The notes under the pieces are model-generated. The model did not search any database. It was not told the origin of the DNA and saw only the letters and a list, made by a program, of their open reading frames with translations. DNA of 12,466 nucleotides from Candidatus Zixiibacteriota bacterium (GTDB taxonomy: Bacteria; Zixibacteria; MSB-5A5; GN15; FEB-12): the NCBI GenBank assembly GCA_041742355.1, contig JBGSIV010000033.1:1-12466 (forward strand), written 5' to 3'. Made by a program: the position numbers and the translations under genes. Of the stretch, positions 6,434 to 12,466 are shown piece after piece (position 1 is the stretch's first letter; each line of letters opens with the position of its first letter).

Positions 6434-9235
6434 CTACTTCACCAGGATCATCTTCTTTGAGTTGGTGAAGTCGCCTGCGGTGAGTCTGTAGAAGTAGACC
6501 CCGCTGGCAACGGATGCGCCCTGGTTGTTGTCACCGGACCACTGAACGTCGTGGGTGCCGGCGTTCATCTCCTGGTCGAGAAGGGTTTTGACTTCCTGAC
6601 CAAGCGTGTTGTAGACGACCAGGCTGACTCTGGATGCGTGAGGCACCGTGAAACTGATCGTCGTGGTGGGGTTAAACGGGTTAGGATAGTTGTCCAGCAA
6701 ACGGTACTCGTTCGGAAGGAGATCACTTGGCTGAAGAGCCCGATAGTAGCCGCGCGACCATAGGAACAGCTTCCGATCGTAGTCGGGGGACACAGGCGCA
6801 TCAGGAGCTTCGAACGCCAGGTCAACCATCTGGCCGGGAATGAGCGTCAAAGCGTCGCTTTCGGCGACGTCAACCATGGTGTTGACTTTGCCAATCACCG
6901 AGTGGATGGCGGAAGTCGGCGCGAGTGTGTGCACCACAAAATTGGAGGTCTGGCCGATATACAGGGCTTCAAGATCAACCCGATAGCCATTCTCCCACGT
7001 GATGCGGACATCGAAGGTCTCGCCGAGTTCGATCTGATCGGTGTCGAACAACCACTTATTGGTTTCGAACGATTGTTCGCGAGCGTTGATGGCGCCGAGA
7101 TTGTGCCAGACGCCGTTGATGTCGCGTACTTCGGCGATGAGGGCCTCGGCGGGCTTGGAGCGCGGGTTGTTGGGATCGGCTTTGGGCTCGGGTTCCGCGC
7201 CTACCCGGCAGATCGGAGGCTGTCCGTTCCCCAGGGCGAGCGTTGTGCCGCCATCGCGTGCGCCCGGATTGTTGTAGCAGGGATTCGGGTATGTCAGGGT
7301 CATAAACCCCGCTCCCTCAGCATCCATCCAGACTTCGTCGCGCGTAGAAACCAGGCTCAGGATGTCGTTGCCGGCTGCGTCGGAAGCGGCGAGAGGTGAA
7401 ATCTCCTGCTGGTATGCAATTACCTCGCCCTCGTTGGAGATGGCGACCATGTGGTCCTGCGGATAATCGACAACGAGCAGGTTGACGGCATCGAGGAAGG
7501 TGATTTCCTGCTCATTTTCGCGCAGCTGTAGCTGGTAGAATCCGTTTTGTTGTGGCGGAAGGATCTTCAACGGATAGTAGTCGTCAGCCGCAACCTGTCC
7601 GATTTTGCCCTGGGTGCTGGTGAGAAGGACGTCTTCAAGCACAAATTCGCTGCCATTCCACGCGTACAACATCGGGCACGATGTCGGCGGCGGTGGCGGC
7701 GGGGAGGTGATGGTGAGGCTGCCTCCGATCAGGCTGAGTTTGCCGTTGGCTACGGTAAAATTGTGGTACTGGCTGTTGGCATCTCTCCAATAGGCAAAAT
7801 TACCGGTCGGTACATCGGCAAAGGCCGGGTGATATGTCCCGATCGTACCACCGGCGAGGAGTGTGATGGCTGCGACAGGCATGAAGTCGAAGGAGGCTGG
7901 GATCGTCGGGTTGTCGTAGTCGACGTCGTGTTTCATCAGAACCGTGTGGAGCGGATCCGGGTACGATTCCAGATATTGAGCCGACCAGTGGAACGTCCCG
8001 ACACCGGCCAGGTAGTAGGAGACGTTTGAAAATGTATACGTCGCGTAGGTGAACTGGTTCTTGTCGAATGCGAATCGGGCCCGTTCGACATCCGGATCGT
8101 CCGTGGCAATGGGCACGTTCGGTCGCATGAGGACAGGGTACTGGACCGAAGTGTTCTTGTTCACCGATGTTGTGCCAAACTTCCACGTTGCCGCGTCGGG
8201 CAGAACGGCGATATTGACGTACTCGGCACTGTTGTCGCCGGTGGTTCCGTAAGAACCGCACGCAAAAAACTCCGCGGGTGCACCGATGCTGACTGCATAT
8301 GACTCTCCGGGAACGGCGCTACTCGACTGCGCCCGGAAAGTCACCGTCATCATCGAGACGGGAATTTCGGAAATAGGGAGGGGAGCGTTGTTATCCCAAC
8401 CGGTGTAATCACCGGTGTGAATCTTGACGCTGGATTCGGTTGCATCGGTAGCCCCCATGCCGATGGAGTAACCATTGGTTGCTATCGAGACAAACTCCAG
8501 TTCCGGATCGAACTGTAGAAAGATGTAACCCGAGTCCTTATAGTGGAAATTGAGTTCGTTGAAGTAGATCTGGATCGAGGCGGTGCCGCCGATGTACGCT
8601 GTTCCGGCGGTCGCACCGCTTTCCATCCCTGGTCCGAGCAGGGTCAGGTCGGCCACCGGCGCCTGGTAATAGCGGTAGCCGGAGTTCCTGATGCCCGGCA
8701 CAAGGCTGGCTGTCTGCGGATCGTCGTCCTGAAACTCATTCAGGTAACCAAGCCCCTCACAGGAGACAACTTCGATCTCCATACCCGACGATTGACTGCG
8801 GCAATCCTGGGTCTGGATGTGCAGGGAGAAGATCGGTTCATTGGTGACGAGGGCACCGGAAAGGCCCTCAACAGTGACCTGAATGTAATTGGCGCCCTCG
8901 AAGTCGTTGTACGACGTTTCAACGATGACCCCCGGGCGCAACGACGTGGCATGCGCCCAGGCCATGCCGTAGCCATTGTTATGGACGCGGAAAGAGGCGG
9001 TGAGCTGCGTTACGATCATGCCGTTGGAGAACGCTGAGAAATTGTGGTAGGACTCGGTGAAACCGGCTCCGACACTTGACCACATCACGGTAGCATCGGC
9101 CAACGTGTAGGAACAGCTCGAGCAGAGGTCTGCTGTGGCCATGTCTCCGCCGCTGTCTTTGACATCACCAGCCCACGCAACCTGGATCGTCACGATCAGA
9201 GCGAGGCAGATGATCAGAATGGGCGATCTACGCAT
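6434..9235 (-). CDS. Large secreted protein: cohesin-like beta-sandwich modules, poly-Pro linker, CPxLYxWNG domain, C-terminal FlgD-Ig/T9SS type A-like sorting domain
   Basis: Signal peptide MRRSPILIICLALIVTIQVAWA; SD AGGAGG at 9240-9245; six Pro at 7685-7702; C-terminal NYPNPFNPTTTISF...YNTLGQEVKTL...ASGVYFYRL...KKMILVK. Confidence 0.85.
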   Translation of the reverse strand: MRRSPILIICLALIVTIQVAWAGDVKDSGGDMATADLCSSCSYTLADATVMWSSVGAGFTESYHNFSAFSNGMIVTQLTASFRVHNNGYGMAWAHATSLRPGVIVETSYNDFEGANYIQVTVEGLSGALVTNEPIFSLHIQTQDCRSQSSGMEIEVVSCEGLGYLNEFQDDDPQTASLVPGIRNSGYRYYQAPVADLTLLGPGMESGATAGTAYIGGTASIQIYFNELNFHYKDSGYIFLQFDPELEFVSIATNGYSIGMGATDATESSVKIHTGDYTGWDNNAPLPISEIPVSMMTVTFRAQSSSAVPGESYAVSIGAPAEFFACGSYGTTGDNSAEYVNIAVLPDAATWKFGTTSVNKNTSVQYPVLMRPNVPIATDDPDVERARFAFDKNQFTYATYTFSNVSYYLAGVGTFHWSAQYLESYPDPLHTVLMKHDVDYDNPTIPASFDFMPVAAITLLAGGTIGTYHPAFADVPTGNFAYWRDANSQYHNFTVANGKLSLIGGSLTITSPPPPPPTSCPMLYAWNGSEFVLEDVLLTSTQGKIGQVAADDYYPLKILPPQQNGFYQLQLRENEQEITFLDAVNLLVVDYPQDHMVAISNEGEVIAYQQEISPLAASDAAGNDILSLVSTRDEVWMDAEGAGFMTLTYPNPCYNNPGARDGGTTLALGNGQPPICRVGAEPEPKADPNNPRSKPAEALIAEVRDINGVWHNLGAINAREQSFETNKWLFDTDQIELGETFDVRITWENGYRVDLEALYIGQTSNFVVHTLAPTSAIHSVIGKVNTMVDVAESDALTLIPGQMVDLAFEAPDAPVSPDYDRKLFLWSRGYYRALQPSDLLPNEYRLLDNYPNPFNPTTTISFTVPHASRVSLVVYNTLGQEVKTLLDQEMNAGTHDVQWSGDNNQGASVASGVYFYRLTAGDFTNSKKMILVK

Positions 9236-9594
9236 AGAACCTCCTAACGGAAATGCAATTGTTTGAGTGCACTACGGTAGCCCCCGCAGGAACTCAGCCA
9301 TGCTTTCGGCTCTCACCTCCTTCTTCTGGACACACCTCACCACGACCGATTCGGCATGCCGGACCGGGTATCAGAAAACAATGGACTCAGGTTAGAGAAA
9401 CACGGGTCCGCCCTCCGGCAACACGGAGCGGCGTAGGACCATCAACGCAATGGTAATCTGAGACGGCGGATTTTACCTGTACAATAGGTTTTTGTCATGA
9501 GGCGAGTGTGCTCAAGGACCCTAGCCAATTCCCTGTTCCGTGCAGCCCATCATGCCTAGCCCAGGCTGACTGATCGCTCGCCACTCCTCTGCTT

Positions 9595-9624
9595 TACATA
9601 ACGGGAGTCATGGATCTTTGTCAA
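9595..9624 (-). promoter_or_regulatory. Putative promoter for the 933-aa gene
   Basis: Minus strand TTGACA-N18-TATGTA, with a perfect -35 and a weak -10. Confidence 0.45.
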
Positions 9625-9664
9625 GCTGTTTCTGTGGTGTCCGAGCCATCGCCGAGGAGAATCC

Positions 9665-9683
9665 GTTGCGGCCGCCGCGCTTT
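9665..9683 (+). repeat. 19-bp direct repeat, right copy (GTTGCGGCCGCCGCGCTTT)
   Basis: Identical to 2473-2491. It is followed by TGTTATGGGTC (9688-9698), similar to TGTTTTGGGTC (2491-2501). Confidence 0.9.
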
Positions 9684-9721
9684 CTGTTGTTATGGGTCAC
9701 GGCTGGCGGTTCGCATTCTCA

Positions 9722-9751
9722 TTGACGCACACTAACCCGGCGACCTATCTT
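9722..9751 (+). promoter_or_regulatory. Putative sigma70 promoter for the homocysteine methyltransferase gene
   Basis: TTGACG-N18-TATCTT; the same -10 hexamer occurs at 10882-10887. Confidence 0.55.
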
Positions 9752-9831
9752 ATGGCAGCATCGGGCTGGATAACGATCGGGCGGGGAGGTGCAGACGGCC
9801 GGGAACAGGGTAGCAGAGAGGACGGGACACT

Positions 9832-10839
9832 ATGGCAGTCGACACACTCACACGGTTTCGAGAGGCGCTGCGCGAACGGGTGCTTGTACTCGACGGCGGG
9901 ATGGGGACAGTCCTGCTGGGATACGGGCTGCGGGAGGAGGATTTCCGAGGGGAAGATTTGCTCGACCATGGACAACCGCTGCGGGGAAACCTGGAACTGC
10001 TGACGCTGACCCGCCCCGATCTCATCGAGACGATTCACCGCTCGTACCTCAACGCCGGCGCGGACATTCTCTCCACCAACACCTTCCTCGCCCAGCCCCT
10101 GATGCAGGAACGCTACGGGACACCGGACCTGGTGGAGCGGATCAACCGGGAGGCGGCCGAACTTGCGCGGCGAGTGGTCGACGATTTTGCCGCGTATGAA
10201 CCGGAGCGCCGAACCTTTGTCGCCGGAGTCATCGGGCCGACAGATGCTATCCCGGATACCGCCCAGTCGGACGTACTGCCGGATCTCCGGGTAGTGCCGG
10301 CGGAGGAGATGGCCAATGGGTACGAAGTCCAGGCCCTGGGGCTGATTCGGGGGGGGGCCGACCTGCTCCTGCTCGAGACGATGAGCAACACGGCTGCGGC
10401 GGTGGCGGCGTGCGAGGGCGTGCAGTCCGCCTGCACCCAGGCGGGAGAGACGGTGCCGCTATGGATTTCGATGACAATGGACGTATCGGGGGAACGGCTG
10501 CTTTCGGGCGAGCTGTTCGAGACATTCGTGGGGGCCGTGGCGCCGTTTGCACCGGTGTGTCTCGGGCTGAACTGCGGGTATGGCGCGCGGGCGGCGGCCG
10601 CAGGTATTCGCCGGCTGGGCGAGATGACCGATCTGCCGATCAGTTGCCACCCGAGCGCGGGAATCCCCGATGAAAGCGGCGTGTACCCGGAGGATCCGGA
10701 GGCGTGGGCCGAAACAACCTCGCGGCTGGTGCAGGGGGGGCTGGTGAACATCGTTGGCGGCTGCTGCGGGACAACGCCGGAGCACATTCGGCTGTTGACG
10801 CGGCGCGGATTGGGCATGACGCCGAGAGTGTGGAGGTGA
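9832..10839 (+). CDS. Homocysteine S-methyltransferase family protein (stand-alone MetH N-terminal domain)
   Basis: LVLDGGMGT, YLNAGADILSTNTF, GADLLLLET, and Zn-ligand motifs GLNC and GGCCGTTPEHI; ends before any pterin- or B12-binding domain. Confidence 0.9.
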   Translation: MAVDTLTRFREALRERVLVLDGGMGTVLLGYGLREEDFRGEDLLDHGQPLRGNLELLTLTRPDLIETIHRSYLNAGADILSTNTFLAQPLMQERYGTPDLVERINREAAELARRVVDDFAAYEPERRTFVAGVIGPTDAIPDTAQSDVLPDLRVVPAEEMANGYEVQALGLIRGGADLLLLETMSNTAAAVAACEGVQSACTQAGETVPLWISMTMDVSGERLLSGELFETFVGAVAPFAPVCLGLNCGYGARAAAAGIRRLGEMTDLPISCHPSAGIPDESGVYPEDPEAWAETTSRLVQGGLVNIVGGCCGTTPEHIRLLTRRGLGMTPRVWR

Positions 10840-10859
10840 AAGGCGCGGAGGATTTGGGA

Positions 10860-10887
10860 TTGACCGGGGCGGTCGGAGCCGTATCTT
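10860..10887 (+). promoter_or_regulatory. Putative sigma70 promoter for ORF6N-folE-PTPS
   Basis: TTGACC-N16-TATCTT. Confidence 0.5.
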
Positions 10888-11011
10888 GTCTTCAGTGACG
10901 GACCCTGAACACAACCACACCGGTGCTGGGATACTCCGATCGAAGGTCTTCTGTCTCTCAGTAGCAGTGGGGTCCGCAACTCGGCTCGTCCATACGATCA
11001 TTGAGCAGACA
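10887..11011 (+). other. Nested inverted repeats, candidate structured RNA leader
   Basis: TGTCT-TCAGTGA pairs with TCATTGA-gc-AGACA; CGGACCC (10899-10905) pairs with GGGTCCG (10970-10976); TGCTGGGA (10924-10931) pairs with TCTCAGTA (10956-10963). Confidence 0.45.
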
Positions 11012-11031
11012 TGATGAAAGGGGAGATAGTC

Positions 11032-11382
11032 ATGAATGAAGATCGGGCGGCCGTTCCGGCCGAGCGAATCGAAAACTGCATACTGCTGGTGCGAGGGCTG
11101 AAGGTGATGCTCGACAAAGACTTGGCGGCTCTCTACGATGTCGAGACCCGGGCTTTGGTACAGGCCGTTAAGCGGAACATCGTCCGCTTTCCTTCCGACT
11201 TCATGTTCCAGCTCACCGAGGAGGAAAACGTGGCGCTAAGATCACAAACCGTGATCTTGAAGACTGGCCGCGGCAAACACAGAAAGTACCTGTCGGATTC
11301 GAACGATGAGACGGAACTCTCAGAGAACGGTGACATGGTCTTCACCGCGTGCGGGTTGGCCGGAAGACGAAGAGCCCACTGA
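11032..11382 (+). CDS. ORF6N-domain DNA-binding protein, C-terminally truncated (possible pseudogene)
   Basis: RGLKVMLDKDLAALYDVETRALVQAVKRNIVRFPSDFMFQLTEEE...GRGKHRKYL is typical of ORF6N, but the expected PYAFTEQGVAML continuation is absent. SD GGGGAG favours ATG 11032 over 11011. Confidence 0.75.
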   Translation: MNEDRAAVPAERIENCILLVRGLKVMLDKDLAALYDVETRALVQAVKRNIVRFPSDFMFQLTEEENVALRSQTVILKTGRGKHRKYLSDSNDETELSENGDMVFTACGLAGRRRAH

Positions 11383-11431
11383 GACTCCCCTGGTGATAGT
11401 CTCAATGCTCACAGCTTGAAGGGAACACACA

Positions 11432-11980
11432 ATGACAATGGAAGATCTCTACCGCCAGCTCCTGGTCAAGATCGGCGAGGATCCGGACCGCGATGGACTC
11501 CGTGACACGCCGCGCCGGGCAGCCAAAGCATTCGAGTTCATGATGAAGGGGTACAAAGAGGATATCGACCTGCTCATTAACAACGCGCTCTTCGAGGCCG
11601 ACACCAAGGAGATGGTCGTCGTGCGCAATATCGAACTTTACTCGATGTGCGAACACCATCTGCTGCCGTTCATCGGCAAGTGCCACGTGGGGTACATCCC
11701 GAACCAGAAGGTGCTGGGGTTGTCGAAAGTTGCGCGGATTGTCGACGCGTACGCGCGGCGGCTGCAGATCCAGGAGAAGCTGACCAAGCAGATCGCCGAG
11801 ACGATCCAGAAGTACACCAACGCGCTCGGAACGGCGGTCGTAATTGAAGCACAACACTTATGCATGATGATGCGCGGGGTGGAAAAGCAGAACTCCATCA
11901 TGACGACCTCGTACGTGCTGGGCGAATTTCACGAGGATACAGCCACGCGCGCGGAGTTCTTCAGTTTGATTAACAAGTGA
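11432..11980 (+). CDS. folE: GTP cyclohydrolase I
   Basis: [39 protein letters not shown] and HLCMMMRGV motifs. Confidence 0.97.
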   Translation: MTMEDLYRQLLVKIGEDPDRDGLRDTPRRAAKAFEFMMKGYKEDIDLLINNALFEADTKEMVVVRNIELYSMCEHHLLPFIGKCHVGYIPNQKVLGLSKVARIVDAYARRLQIQEKLTKQIAETIQKYTNALGTAVVIEAQHLCMMMRGVEKQNSIMTTSYVLGEFHEDTATRAEFFSLINK

Positions 11981-11997
11981 TCGGAGGGAGGTTAGCC

Positions 11998-12466
11998 ATG
12001 TACCTGACGATCAGCAAGCGGTTCGAGATTTCTCTTTCGTACCGCTATTACCAGAAGCGGTGGCCGCTGGAGAAGAACCAGGCGTACTACGGCCGCCTGG
12101 CGGGGAACGAGCACGGCTACGGCGGGAATTTCGCGGCGTACTTCGTGTTCGCCGGGCGTCCGAACGCCCGGACCGGCATGGTCATCAATGTGGCGACAAT
12201 CAAGGAGCGGGTGAACCGCCTGCTGGCCGACCGGTACGATCACAAGTTCCTCAATGTCGACCACCACGGGTTCGCCTCGACTGTGCCGTCACCGGAGAAC
12301 GTGGCGCGGCTCCTGTGGCAGGAGGCGACACCGCTGTTTGCCGACGAGGACGCCGAACTGGCGGCCGTGCACCTCGACGTCTCGCCGCACGACGCGGCGA
12401 CGGCCTACGCCGACGGACGCGTGGAGCGGCACTACGGAATCGAGTTCTCGGCGGCGCGCCGGACCT
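11998..12466 (+). CDS. 6-pyruvoyl-tetrahydropterin synthase/QueD-fold protein (partial, probably tandem domains)
   Basis: Not in the ORF track because it runs off the window. Hand translation: MYLTISKRFEISLSYRYYQKRWPLEKNQAYYG...TGMVINVATIKERV...YDHKFLN...PSPENVARLLW...IEFSAARRT. A GGAG-rich SD lies at 11983-11991. Confidence 0.85.
   Translation, partial: MYLTISKRFEISLSYRYYQKRWPLEKNQAYYGRLAGNEHGYGGNFAAYFVFAGRPNARTGMVINVATIKERVNRLLADRYDHKFLNVDHHGFASTVPSPENVARLLWQEATPLFADEDAELAAVHLDVSPHDAATAYADGRVERHYGIEFSAARRT

Noticed and set aside
9311..9327. TCACCTCCTT resembling the 16S rRNA 3' end
   Set aside because: No other rRNA sequence is adjacent; it is the complement of an SD-like motif.
9752..9831. 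SAM riboswitch ahead of the methionine-related gene
   Set aside because: The leader is only about 75 nt and I see no SAM-I or SAM-II consensus.
10837..10863. Possible TGA readthrough or frameshift extending the methyltransferase into full MetH
   Set aside because: Another in-frame TGA follows after seven codons and no pterin-binding-domain sequence is visible downstream.
4580..10951. 11-bp matches: CGAAGGTCTTC (4580 and 10941) and AGACTCCCCTG (6402 and 11382)
   Set aside because: Too short to distinguish from chance in 12 kb, and the flanks do not extend.
1..12466. CRISPR array, tRNA, integrase/transposase, reverse transcriptase or DGR repeats
   Set aside because: No regularly spaced repeats, cloverleaf, or recombinase/RT motifs were seen by eye.

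Overview
GC-rich bacterial DNA, probably from an FCB-group lineage such as Zixibacteria (inferred from the NYPNPFNP/FlgD-Ig C-terminal domain and the dockerin style). The left flank (+) holds the end of an operon: a partial CDS, a short NuoG/HoxU-like Fe-S protein with an extra 8-Cys tail, and a stand-alone FMN-binding glutamate-synthase-family protein, followed by a REP-like hairpin and a terminator. The middle ~7.2 kb block is entirely on the minus strand and is bracketed by an exact 19-bp direct repeat (2473-2491 and 9665-9683) that copies the 3' arm of that terminator. It carries a secreted 933-aa protein with cohesin-like modules, a secreted 554-aa dockerin-bearing protein, and a lower-GC ABC-type ATPase plus PIN nuclease pair (candidate anti-phage system). 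The right flank (+) has a stand-alone homocysteine methyltransferase domain, a promoter with a ~125-nt structured leader, a truncated ORF6N gene, folE, and a partial PTPS/QueD-fold gene with degenerate active-site motifs. All calls are from motif recognition by eye; no database searches were run.
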